Source: Ruditapes philippinarum (taxonomy: Eukaryota). Taken from it: a stretch of 64,000 bases of DNA. The notes below the pieces were generated by a model. The model did not search any database, was not told the origin of the DNA, and was given only the letters and a program-made list of their open reading frames with translations. The position numbers were made by a program, and so were the translations under genes. Each line of letters opens with the position of its first letter. The first letter of the stretch is position 1. Location: NCBI RefSeq assembly GCF_026571515.1, contig NW_026857848.1, positions 1 through 64,000 of the forward strand, read 5' to 3'. This document shows, in pieces, positions 43,801 through 53,579 of this stretch.

Positions 43801-46800
43801 GGTCGATAGAAGGTCACAAACGATCTCTTGGGGGATCTATCATAATATTATGCCGCAAATCATACCCAGATTGTTTGTAGCTTAAGTATAAGTGCTTTCT
43901 CTAGGTATTTGCTGTTGTGATTTTCTAGTTGGCAATTTACTTGATGGGTGAACTTTGAGTGTTGTAAGTAAACAATTACACTGTCAGACATTAAGCACGT
44001 AAATTCATTTTCAAAATCAGGCAAACGGCCTTAACAAGTCGCCTCTGAGATTAAGGAATGTCGGTTATCCACAAATATGTTTATCTAAAAATGTTTCAAT
44101 TTTATGAAAAAAATATTAAGTGTTTGATTCGGTTTTCAAAATATGTTTAAATTATCTGTATACGTAATGTATAAATTACGGTTGTCGGAAGTGATCTGAA
44201 ATTATCTCAATGTGTTTTGTTTTTATTTGTTTGGGTCGTCAGACCAAACAAATAATGGTAGCGAAATTTCATGGGTCGTCAGACCAAACAAATAATGGTA
44301 GCGAAATTTCAGACTCTAATGCTGTTAATTGCAAATGCCGAAAGTAGTCCGTTTTTTTGAAGCGGTAACATCCCTTTATATGTAACATTAAGGCCGAAAA
44401 ATTCAGGGGAGATCACTGCGTAAATATGGTCACATAACAGGCGCATTAATTTTCAAGCAAAATAATTCCCGAATGGTCGAAGATTTCTAATATTGTTTTA
44501 TTCTTTATAGATGTACATGCTTATAGTAAGCGCCATGATTATTTACACAAGTGTTAAACAACAGTTAGCGTCGTTACAAACCCTAATTTAGAATAATATG
44601 GTTTTCTTCAGGCCGTTAACATATCAATTCACCGTGGCCGAGGGATTTGCGCGCTCGCTTAGGAAGCGAGAGGTCTGGAGTGCTAATCGCAGTTGAGGCA
44701 ACTTATTTTTTTTCAAATTGTTTAAGTCAAATAAACATTTGATTGAATATCAGTGATGCAATTAGTCTTATAGCCAATCTACTACAATTAAAACGCTTGA
44801 AAGCGTTGGTGGTACAAATTGTTTTATAATCTCACAACCTTCACCTTTCTGACATTCTGAGACCCAAACAAATTCAGCGCCTTCTGTGCTTTGATTATTT
44901 GTTTGGGTCGTCAGACCAAACAAATAATGGTAGCGAAATTTCAGAGCCTATTGCTGTTAATTGCAAATGCCTAAAATACTTCCCTTTATATGTACACTAA
45001 CGCCGAAAAATTCAGGGGAGATCAATGCGTAAAGATTGTCAAATGAGAGTCGCATTAATTTTCAAGCAAAGTAGTTCCCGAATGTTCGAAGATTTCTAAT
45101 ATTGTTTCATTCTTTATAGATATACGTGCTTACAGTAAGCTCCATGATTATTTACATCTGTGTTTAGCGTCGAAATAATAAGAGTTACAAACCCTAATTT
45201 AGAATAATATGTTTTTTTACAGGCCGTTAAGATATACCTTCACCGTGGCCGAGGGGTTTGCACGCTCGCTTATAAATCGAGAGGTCTCGAGTTCAATTCC
45301 CAGTTGAGGCAACTCATTTTTTTATTTATTTTTTTTAAGTCAAATAAACATTGAACAGACTATCAGTGTTGCAATTAGACTTATAGCCAATTTACTACAG
45401 TTAAAACACTGGAAAGCATTAGTGGCAGTATACAAAAACAAATTGGTTTACAATCTTTCTGACATTCTGAGACCCAAACAAATTCAGCGCCTTCTGTGCT
45501 TTGATTTTAACATGTGTTAACTATTTTGGTCGGTTATCATGAATTTTAATTTTAATATGTTTTGATTTCATTAAAATGTGTCAGCTGTTCGTGTCGGTAA
45601 TCATCAAATATGTTTAACAATGGGAGGGGAAATTAGAGGTCGGGCGGGTAATGTACCTGACTCGCGTCTAAGACAGGACCGTGTTTCTTCATAAGTCATT
45701 AATATTTTTAACTAAAACCAGTTTTATTCTAACAGAGCTCTGTGGGCAAAGTCAATAAAGTAACTTATTCCTGTTTATTGTTTCTTGTAGAAAACTTCAA
45801 ATAAACATATTTTCCGCTGAATTCTGCGTCGGTATGGTAAACTAATTTTCCTCTTTAAATAATGTATAACACGAAAGATGTTTATTAAGTAAAGGCATTA
45901 AATTTCGTATTATATGGCTTCTGAAAGTGAAGATATGTCAATATATATAACAATTGGGAACTAAATTAATTTTCAAAGATTTATCTTCAAGAATTTAGGG
46001 AATATATCATGGAAATAACATAATCGGAACGTTTATCTTAATTGATTTTATTTCGATATTTCTTAAAATTGAAGGAATGATATACACTGCCATAGATAAC
46101 ACCTATATGCGAATATTAAAGTGAAACAAAAACCATAAACACTTCAATGTTTGTTTAATCGTTTATTTTTCCATTCCATAACAATTTTGACGATTCTCTG
46201 AGATAACATTTCTTGTCTTTTTTTTAAGTTATGTTCATTCTTCTATATAAAGGAAATTAAAAGCATACGCATTTTAAAAATAAAAATAATTTCGCACTAT
46301 TTTCTCCTTAAAAAATTTTTAAAAATTGTTTAAATATGATAACAAATGTCATTTCTTTAGAAAAGGCAGACATGAGTTATATAATGTTTAATTAATGGTT
46401 TTAGGGTATGGTACTACTTGCTTACCAAGAAAGAAGTGCTGAACATAAACTTATTTATCATAAAAGTAACCAAATTTAAACAAAGTAGTATTTTGACTTT
46501 TCATACAAAATACCAAATCAATATAACTTTATGAATTTCTATAAAAACAACAGAAGCAAATGACGTTGCAGGTAATTGGCCAATTTGTTACTTTTTACTA
46601 TAACAAGACACACAAAAATAAAAAAGCTTTTTAGAAATAAAAATAAAACCATTTCTGTGGCATAATGGACCTTTTATTTTGGTTGAATAAACTACAGATA
46701 TTTTATATTCTATTCTACAAGCGGTGAAAAATAAATTGAGGAATAAATGTTGAAATGTATCAACTGTACCTAATTTGAATACGAAAACAATTTAGTGTTG

Positions 46801-49800
46801 GTTTCAGGTCGTTGTTATAAACGACTTTACGTTCAGGCGGTGCTACGCTGCCTTGACCAGACATTCCCCTTGGATATCTGGTTATGTTTACAAACAGTTT
46901 AGGCAGAGGCTTCATGTAAATACTAGTACTTATATAACTTATTAATATTCATGCCATCGATTTCAATCATATCTATTACGTCTTGTATGCAAAGCTGAAG
47001 ACTAAATGATTGCTATATAAATCACTCCATGTGTCATGATTACAATACAAAAATAAAAGATTTTAGATGCTTTTATATAACTATTTTAAATACACTTTTT
47101 ATTCTGAGATTATTTAAAGTTTTTTATCCATACTGGTAGAAAATGACTAAACTTATTAATAACAAAATGATATCTAAAAAATTAACTGTTCTATATAAAT
47201 GCATACATAAGTACACTTTTTCGGACATTATTTAAAGATATCTTTATACTTGTAGGATATGACTTTAACGAATTGACATCTAAAACAACGGCTGTTCTTT
47301 ATCAATATGCATACATAAATAAAGTATTATCTATATACAGCATAACCTCTTCAGAGCGACCCTCAGTTAAAAACTGACATTTTTTTACGGTTACAGTTTT
47401 AAATGTTTCCAAAATAAGAATTCATAATAATTTTATCTACTTAGAGCAAATCTCTAGGCAACACTCAACACCTCTGTCGCCCAAAGGGTGTCGCTTTTCA
47501 GGGGATGTACTGTATATGTTTTTATATATTTTTAACCTTGACCTCGCTGGCGGTGTTACATTGCAGACCGAGATCAGTCGGTACATCTGAGCCCCGTCTG
47601 ACTATGATCTGCTCTGTTCACTCTTTAGAAAGTACATAATTATAAAAAAAATCCCTAAACATGATGAACGGTTTTGCCATGATTTTAAGATAGACGAGTT
47701 CAGTTATGCTATATCTCTGGTGGTAAGGGTGTTAATCGTCTTCACATTTTCCCCAATCTAAATGTTTTCACCCACTTGTGTAATCAAAGTATCAGAGATA
47801 TAAGCGTTTCTAATTATAGGGCAACTATAAAATATTCTCTACTATAAAATGCATTGTTTGCGAATCAGCTTTTAGTGGCGTATTGTTAAATATGTCTATT
47901 TTTTCGACTAATTAATAAAATCGATCATTAAGCAAGTCCCTGTCTTATTATTACATATTCAAAAAAGCAGAAATCATCGGCAAACAATTCAGTAATCACC
48001 TACATACAATTATTACCGAAGATTAAGTGTTGAAAATGTATCAGAGAATTCAAGCTATGTAATTATGCAGAGGATGTATTTCTATTGGATGATAGCGTTA
48101 ACATTACAAAATAAAATGGTTGGTATTCATTTCTGAAAAATATAACAGTTGAATTATTCCAACTTTTGAGGTATTAATTGAACATAAAAAAGTGATGAAT
48201 AGCTTCTTATAACTTTTAAACTAAAACAGCAAGGTAGATAAATTTCTCTCATTAGGGACAATTCTTTTTCTTATAGGGGAATATATCCATCTAGCTAGTA
48301 AGCCGAAAATAATGCAAGGAAGTTACCCTTGATTTTCATTTAGAATTAAAAAGGAAAAATAATTATTTATTATATAAGTGGTGTCGGTGTAATATAGAAC
48401 AACAATGACAACAACAATACTTTTCTTATACAGTACGTGTACATCATCTGCATAGCAACACCCTCTGGAGGACAACATATTTTGTCGTGACTGAGAGGTA
48501 ATGCTTTCTAATGTATCGTGAAATCTTACTTGGGGGGGGGGGGGGGAATGGAATTTTGTATAAAGTAAAAAAGTAATTGCTCTACATTACAGTAAACTAG
48601 TTAATTTGTTCATTTGTTGACACTAAAATCCATATGATAATGACCAATAAAATCCAAATGTTTGTTTGTAAAATATTACAAGTTGGGAAAAATGTGACCG
48701 GCTGAAACTTATAAACCATCACGTTCTCATGATGGATGCCATATATCCCCCTGGTAGGAACATATGCAGACTGACCGGGTCTGGAAAAATCCAATCTCAA
48801 AGTGTAACATAATAAGCTGTTTGATACCTTACCCATTTTTACGGTGGCACAGAGGTGACTTGTGTGTGTTTTCATTTATCCCTCATATGTCACCTCTGTG
48901 CTACCGTACATTTTCCCTTCATAAGTGATATCTTACTGTTTACCTCATCTTTAGGGATTTATTCACGTACAATTTTCAATTCACAACTTTATGACTTTTC
49001 ACATATAACTTGTACTCGTACATTACCATTGGTTTTATTCTGAACGCACGCATGCTTGTTTTTATTTTTTTACAGGGAACGTTTTTATTTCTAATGTTCT
49101 CTTATATAAATAGCTTTCATCCAGTAAAGAACGGTCCTTTGATCAAAGTAAATCAAATCTCTGAACCAAGTAAAAGTGTTCGTCTCGTAAGAAAGATAAT
49201 TGGTGCTAAGTGAACACTCTATTCCAATTACTCGGAAAAGGTCAGTGGTTTGGGGAAATCAGAACTTTACAAGGCTCTAAAATCGGCGACAAGTTTTATT
49301 GTAGCGTCTAGTAAGAAGAAAAGATAAAACACTATAATTGACTAGCAGACCATTTCTAGGCGCTATTTAAAGAGCAACCTGTGGTAATACTAATTTGACC
49401 GTGATCTCATTATGGTGAATAGCGGAATGAGGAAATATACAGTACAATATATTTACTGAAATAGTATATAGATCTATATCAAGATGTTTAATTTATATTT
49501 TTGTTGCATTTTATTGATCTGATATTGTGTTAATTTTGACATTGTGTTGTTTTTGATATTGTGTTATTTTTATATTGGCTTTTTATGACATTGTGTTGTT
49601 TTTGACATTGTGTCGTTTTTAATATTGTATTGATTTAAGGGCAATCAAGACTTATTTCAAATGTTTACCAATACGATATGGAAAGATATACCAGTAATAA
49701 TATAAATTGTATTTATATTTTCAACATTTGCATAATTATTCATTTAATTATTTATTAAATTCTTCGTTTCATTGTTTTTTCTTTTGTTTTGTTGCTTATA

Positions 49801-50632
49801 AAATTCGATTTACATATGAAGAAATCGACTACTTCATATTTCATTTAAAAAGATCCATTTCAGGATGGTAGACAGTTTTCCGTTTTTATTTTATAATTTG
49901 AAATGCTTGGTTAAGTTCTAAAATATCTAAACATTTCAGAAGTACAAACGAACGAAATTGTATAAAATATGAAACGCCATCAATGGAGTTATCAATAATT
50001 GATTGTTTTGAAAGATATGTTTGTAGCTCTACTCACTCATAACCGCTACATAGTTGTTACTTTTTGTATTGTAACGTGTATTCTATTTATATTGTATATT
50101 TATATATTTAGTACGCGCAAAGATAACACACGTTATAAGAGAAATAATTACCGGTATATTGTAATATACCAAAACTAATAATAATTGTTATGATATAAGT
50201 ATCTGGTATATAATAACATTCCACGGGTAATGAAAGATAATTGAAAATACTTACATAAGATATCATAGGAATGTTGAAGGCCGCCGCAATCTTTGCTTCA
50301 TGGATGCAAGTTTCCTGGGGTCCAATATAAACAGAAATATTCTTATTAATTAACTCAACAGTCTCTTTTATGCTGATAAATTCCTTTCCCCGCGTCTCTG
50401 CTATTAAAAACGTCAATTTATGATCTGGTAAGATTGCAGTGTCGTTATTAATTTCATCCAAAGCAAGAGTAAGGGCGCCGGAAATGGCTTGACCGGGGCG
50501 CCGATAAAAACCGTCTTCAGGTTTTTGGGATCCTGTAATATATCCAATTGTTATGTTCTCACAAATCACCGAGTAAAATTCCAGAAAAGAGACGAGGAAA
50601 TAAAATAACGTCATTATGCGATGAGCGTACAT
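1408..50632 (-). CDS. Receptor-type (membrane) guanylate cyclase, CG10738/eclosion-hormone-receptor-like (often annotated guanylate cyclase 32E-like / natriuretic peptide receptor-like); 21 coding exons, about 1183 aa
   Basis: Manual join of exons 50255-50632, 28676-28858, 26478-26598, 24877-25023, 23093-23277, 22359-22494, 20198-20352, 19377-19482, 18167-18245, 17535-17652, 12232-12405, 11793-11969, 10113-10278, 8679-8828, 7964-8144, 5915-6055, 4767-4890, 3662-3800, 3016-3219, 2546-2637, 1408-1803 gives one open frame with all GT-AG introns and matching phases. Motifs: [35 protein letters not shown] helix, [57 protein letters not shown]. Confidence 0.96.
2546..2637 (-). CDS. rGC coding exon 20 (cyclase domain)
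   Basis: cag|(A)[30 protein letters not shown]|gtatt; 92 nt. Confidence 0.94.
3016..3219 (-). CDS. rGC coding exon 19 (cyclase domain)
   Basis: aag|(G)[67 protein letters not shown]+G|gtaaat; 204 nt. Confidence 0.95.
3662..3800 (-). CDS. rGC coding exon 18 (cyclase domain)
   Basis: cag|[46 protein letters not shown]+G|gtatgt; 139 nt. Confidence 0.95.
4006..4212 (-). mobile_element. Older, diverged copy of the same SINE
   Basis: The reverse complement aligns end to end with 57170-57382 (for example cgaatccgttc, aaccaaccagtactga, ggtttgcacccatgc). Confidence 0.82.
4767..4890 (-). CDS. rGC coding exon 17 (start of cyclase domain)
   Basis: aag|(K)[41 protein letters not shown]|gtatgt; 124 nt. 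Confidence 0.94.
5915..6055 (-). CDS. rGC coding exon 16 (coiled-coil signalling helix)
   Basis: cag|(M)[46 protein letters not shown]+AA|gtgag; 141 nt. Confidence 0.94.
7964..8144 (-). CDS. rGC coding exon 15 (end of kinase-homology domain)
   Basis: cag|(D)[59 protein letters not shown]+AT|gtaag; 181 nt. Confidence 0.94.
8679..8828 (-). CDS. rGC coding exon 14 (kinase-homology domain)
   Basis: cag|(N)[49 protein letters not shown]+G|gtaaat; 150 nt. Confidence 0.94.
9700..10125. repeat. Degenerate 21-bp minisatellite abutting, and resembling, the exon 13 donor junction
   Basis: Unit about agcagtttttacttctatatc; period 21 (for example 9891 to 9912). Confidence 0.8.
10113..10278 (-). CDS. 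rGC coding exon 13 (kinase-homology domain)
   Basis: cag|[55 protein letters not shown]+A|gtaag; 166 nt. Confidence 0.94.
10930..11735. repeat. Minisatellite: 21-bp monomers organised as a 63-bp higher-order repeat
   Basis: tattacactcatacagctgta-tcttgcactcatataaccgta-tctttcgcagatataaccata, about 5.7 near-identical copies at 11375-11730, decaying leftwards. Confidence 0.93.
11793..11969 (-). CDS. rGC coding exon 12 (kinase-homology domain)
   Basis: tag|[59 protein letters not shown]|gtaat; 177 nt. Confidence 0.94.
12232..12405 (-). CDS. rGC coding exon 11 (start of kinase-homology domain)
   Basis: tag|[58 protein letters not shown]|gtaag; 174 nt. Confidence 0.88.
13251..13441. mobile_element. 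Tc1/mariner (pogo/Tigger-like) MITE, degenerate
   Basis: ta|cagtcaaatctg...cagacttgacttg|ta ends; internal aaagacca repeats. Confidence 0.6.
14068..15200. repeat. Minisatellite: about 32-bp monomers with a 323-bp higher-order repeat
   Basis: Monomer ggtgtgaacaaatctac(c/a)gata...; HOR starts at 14071, 14394 and 14717. Confidence 0.92.
15319..15617. repeat. 43-bp tandem repeat, 7 copies
   Basis: tttgtcataccgtattcatataacatgtaaactagtaaaat.g at 15319, 15362, 15405, 15447, 15490, 15533 and 15576. Confidence 0.92.
17535..17652 (-). CDS. rGC coding exon 10 (intracellular juxtamembrane)
   Basis: cag|(R)[39 protein letters not shown]|gtaag; 118 nt. Confidence 0.92.
18167..18245 (-). CDS. rGC coding exon 9 (transmembrane helix)
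   Basis: tag|(T)[25 protein letters not shown]+AG|gtaag; 79 nt. Confidence 0.92.
18661..18947. mobile_element. MITE (TA|CGGAAGCG...CGCTTCCG|TA) containing an internal 21-bp tandem array
   Basis: 10-bp perfect TIR including TA; internal repeats of ctacgtaggagttataaagtc. Confidence 0.72.
19377..19482 (-). CDS. rGC coding exon 8 (juxtamembrane Cys pair)
   Basis: cag|[35 protein letters not shown]+A|gttcgt; 106 nt. Confidence 0.9.
20198..20352 (-). CDS. rGC coding exon 7
   Basis: cag|(S)[51 protein letters not shown]|gtatgc; 155 nt. Confidence 0.93.
22359..22494 (-). CDS. rGC coding exon 6
   Basis: aag|[45 protein letters not shown]+A|gtgagt; 136 nt. Confidence 0.92.
23093..23277 (-). CDS. 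rGC coding exon 5
   Basis: cag|(G)[61 protein letters not shown]|gtaagt; 185 nt. Confidence 0.92.
23755..24030. repeat. Degenerate about 20-bp minisatellite
   Basis: Recurrent attatgatataaaagccaa variants. Confidence 0.7.
24877..25023 (-). CDS. rGC coding exon 4
   Basis: aag|(I)[48 protein letters not shown]+G|gttggt; 147 nt. Confidence 0.9.
26478..26598 (-). CDS. rGC coding exon 3
   Basis: cag|[40 protein letters not shown]+A|gtaag; 121 nt. Confidence 0.92.
28676..28858 (-). CDS. rGC coding exon 2 (extracellular domain)
   Basis: cag|[61 protein letters not shown]|gtaag; 183 nt; missed by the ORF track. Confidence 0.93.
29072..29202. other. Assembly gap (131 N) in the first coding intron
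   Basis: Run of n. Confidence 0.99.
29961..30160. mobile_element. Degenerate TTAA-flanked MITE; related fragments at about 4600-4725, 18990-19090, 23300-23400, 28440-28600 and 47533-47735
   Basis: ttaaccgttatcat...atgtttaatgttaa ends; shared internal motifs gatcagactgc / ctgaatttgtgaa. Confidence 0.5.
39027..39280 (+). repeat. Copy of the about 297-bp dispersed repeat; more distant relatives at 17345-17510 and 21408-21575
   Basis: Shared gtgatccc..gaagcattaatc, ctcggtttgatt.agtctgtacatga, cccc.agcaccggc, acaacactgaagtgaagtac. Confidence 0.75.
40817..40938. repeat. Near-perfect inverted repeat (hairpin) incorporating a retroelement 3' tail
   Basis: About 54-bp stem gcctatgatgggaggtctgtttgtttt[9-nt bulge]gggttttacgtcacatcgacacagtat with a 5-nt loop aggtc. 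Confidence 0.92.
41083..41303. repeat. 113-bp tandem duplication
   Basis: taaaatgttctagaaca...aaatgttcatactaaatcactta at 41084 and 41197. Confidence 0.85.
42987..43016 (+). mobile_element. 30-bp 5'-truncated retroposon tail with 10-bp TSD
   Basis: gttggtgcgacgtaaaacccaacgaaaaaa flanked by tacattccgt at 42977-42986 and 43017-43026. Confidence 0.75.
44225..45506 (+). mobile_element. Head-to-tail dimer of a non-autonomous Helentron-like (HINE/DINE-1-type) element
   Basis: Units at 44225-44896 and 44897-45506. Each has a 5' subTIR atttgtttgggtc plus a short IR gaccaaacaaat, a 3' subTIR gacccaaacaaat, then an imperfect stem-loop tcagcgccttctgtgctttga and a TT boundary. Confidence 0.75.
47336..47514. 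mobile_element. Tc1/mariner-like MITE, degenerate
   Basis: ta|cagcataacctcttcagagcgacc ... gtcgcttttcaggggatgtactg|ta. Confidence 0.55.
48840..48908. mobile_element. Minimal 69-bp MITE (TACGG...CCGTA ends)
   Basis: tacggtggcacagaggtgac / gtcacctctgtgctaccgta, 19/20 matching TIR with a 29-bp spacer. Confidence 0.65.
49520..49632. repeat. 17-bp tandem repeat
   Basis: tga(c/t)attgtgttgtttt, about 6 copies. Confidence 0.75.
50255..50632 (-). CDS. rGC coding exon 1: signal peptide and start of ANF-receptor ligand-binding domain
   Basis: [36 protein letters not shown]...[25 protein letters not shown]|gtaagt; 378 nt, phase 0. Confidence 0.93.
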
Positions 50633-50981
50633 TCTAGTCTATCAAATAGCTTGTTAATATCACACGCGGCAGTATACATAAAATTTATTGGTTGTCACAA
50701 TAAATCCGTTTGTTAAAGCTACTTTCAATGTGAGCGAGATGGCTTGAAAGGTCCCCGTTGCGTCAAACCTCGTATAATCACCGGCAATTTTCCGCACTAT
50801 ACCGTCGGAAAACTGGCGACAAGTAAATTGTCATGAATGATATTCCAAAATTACTTTCCGTGGTTATCATACCAAATAACACTTAGTTATTCATGACTTG
50901 CATTGTTTCTGTGTTCGATCGCTTTCAAAATATATTCAATTATGTCGACCGTCTATCAACATTAAACGATCTGTTATTTAC
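50633..50981 (-). other. Probable 5' UTR portion of the first coding exon
   Basis: The sequence is more GC-rich than the flanks and is bounded by an acceptor-like ttttatttgtag at 50982-50993. Confidence 0.4.
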
Positions 50982-52303
50982 CTACAAATAAAATTATGGC
51001 CATAAAAAACGTTATTTTTACAAATTTAACATATTATTTCATTGTTTTTTTAATTCAAACTTTATTTTACTCACATAAACTTCCAATCACTACCATTTAA
51101 ATCTATTAATTAATTTTGCACTGATTGACAACAATACATTATCATTAACTTAACACAGACTTTTACATTATCTCGAACATTTTATATATTCATACCCCTA
51201 TGAATATACATACGGATTCCAAATTAAGTTTTGTGATTAGAATCTTGAATCTAGAATTTTGATCTTTAGAATATTCCCATGCTGAATATCTTAAGTGGGC
51301 ACCTCCATCTTTAAATGTGGATTAAATCATTAAACATTATTAAGGAAAATTCCAAATATTTTACCGACCGAATAGCGACAGTGAGACAATAATCAGTCGG
51401 CACTTTAGTACAGATAATTCCTTGTCTGAACTGCCGCATGTGACATGTATATTTGCCGCTAGCAGAATTAGAGTTAAGCTTATAACGAGCATAGCACATT
51501 TAGCACGTCACGAAACTGATTAATTAAGCTTTAAATACGAATGAAAAATAAGCTGTTACGAAATTACTAACGTTAACATTGATAATTAAAACAGAAATGA
51601 ATATCATTGCTTAGGTTGTGCATTAAAAGTTATACAATTGATTGAATTATTGAAGAAATGCAAGAAAGTTTCCTTATGATGAAACAAATATAAACCTAAC
51701 ACAAGTAAGTTTTATTGCGTTTTGGAGATTTTCCATGCTTAAACCCTTTGTTAAAGACCACATTTGTTGCGTAATCCCTATTCGTATGTTCATGTCTTCT
51801 TTGGCTTTACGAATATATGTCTTAAGGGTAGATTTTCTATCGGTAACAAGAAAGGAATAAAATTTAGAAATGCTTCTATAATACAGTGGTGCTTAACAAG
51901 TAAATAAAAAGGGATACAAAACATGATCCCTGATCTTTTTTATATTTTATAGTTATAATTAATTTTAAATTTATATAAATGTGATCTAAACTAATAAAAA
52001 TTAATTGCATTCTCATTTTTAATCGCTTGTTACTTGTTGTTTTATTTATATATGATTATATTTCAAAATGAGCTTTCAAAAAGTGACGTTTAAAACAATT
52101 ACTTTGTCTCAGCAGCAGATTCAAATATAATTAAAACGCTAATTTTTTTATCTCTTTTCCTCAAAGTAGCTTTTAAACAATTAAATAAGTATTCGTTTAA
52201 AATTAAACTATTATATTACTCCCCGCAATCTTAAAAAAAAAACACAAAAAACATGTACACGAAATAATTCCGCATTCTATAAATTACATCACTTTACTCT
52301 CAC

Positions 52304-52640
52304 CTTACCGCTCACTTTTATGCAGAACTATGTCAGAAAATACTTTTTTATTGCCATAATACCATGCACTCAAAAAATCCGTAAATACGTGATGAAATAT
52401 GAACGAATAATCCGCACGGTAATAAAATAACAATAAAACCATAATGATGTTAAATACGGTTCAACATTTCTTGCAACATTTTTCTATTACACTGTATGAA
52501 TATTTATTCCCACTGTCTGATCTTTCGCATGATAATATGGTCAGATCATTGTAGTCTCCGATCGTATCTGGCACGTGAAATCATATTTCCTTCAGGCAAA
52601 GAAAACAATTACAGATATATATACATATATATAAAGCCAC
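52304..52640 (-). promoter_or_regulatory. Candidate non-coding first exon and TATA-like core promoter of the rGC gene
   Basis: Clustered donor-like sites (minus strand: gagcg gtaag gtgag) at about 52299-52315 and a TATATATA-rich stretch at about 52616-52634. No transcript evidence. Confidence 0.25.
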
Positions 52641-53396
52641 CGACATAGATCTGTGCCGTCAATTTACCAGTTCTGATGTGATATCCAGATTCAATTTGCC
52701 CACAGCTCTCAGTCTATGGCGTGTTCTCATAACAGTATTTCGATACAGTTTCTAAAGATTCAAAAAGGCGATATTTGTTCGCTAATGACTATTCTTTAAC
52801 ACTGTCTTTACACCGAGTGCCGATAGATGACTTTCTTTCAACCCTTGAGTAAACAAATCTGTCCACGCTGTTTGTATTTATGCAAATATAGCTTGTTTGT
52901 TAATACAGTCGTTTTTAAACATTGTTTAAATTAACATAAGAATGGTTTGAATGAAAATAGATCTTAAATGTTCGTAGACTAGATATTAGAAAAATAACCC
53001 GATAAGTGCGATGCAAACATATCAATTAATATTTATTGCTCTAAGTGGATGTTGCATGTTATTTATTTATATTTTATCGTTCCCACATTGCAACTCTGCC
53101 CCCAAACAAAGTTACGAGGACTTTACACTTCTTCTCTATCTGCACATATATTTCCGTTATATTTTTTTCTTTTGAAGACTATATGGAAGTCAAGGTTAAG
53201 TACCGCTCCTTCTAATTAACTATGAAACGAAATGTTTTTGTTTTGATGCCATTGTCTAGCCATCAAAATGAAAGGAAGGTCAAGTGAACGTCTGTAATTA
53301 AGACAAAAATACAAAAATGTTATTTAATGTTTCAACATGTCATGTACAACAGATGGAAAACATTGATTCATATTTACATTGTATTTTTGAATTAAA

Positions 53397-53530
53397 AAAT
53401 AAATAAATGAAAAAAAAAAATAAAAAAAAATGAAATAAGTTAATAAATAAATAAATAAATAGATATAAATAAATAAATAAAACTAAAAGAATGAATGAAT
53501 GTTAAATAAATAAATAAAAAAATGAAAGAA

Positions 53531-53577
<47 letters not shown>

Positions 53578-53579
53578 AT
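53397..53579. repeat. (TAAA)n microsatellite, imperfect
   Basis: Direct inspection. Confidence 0.9.
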
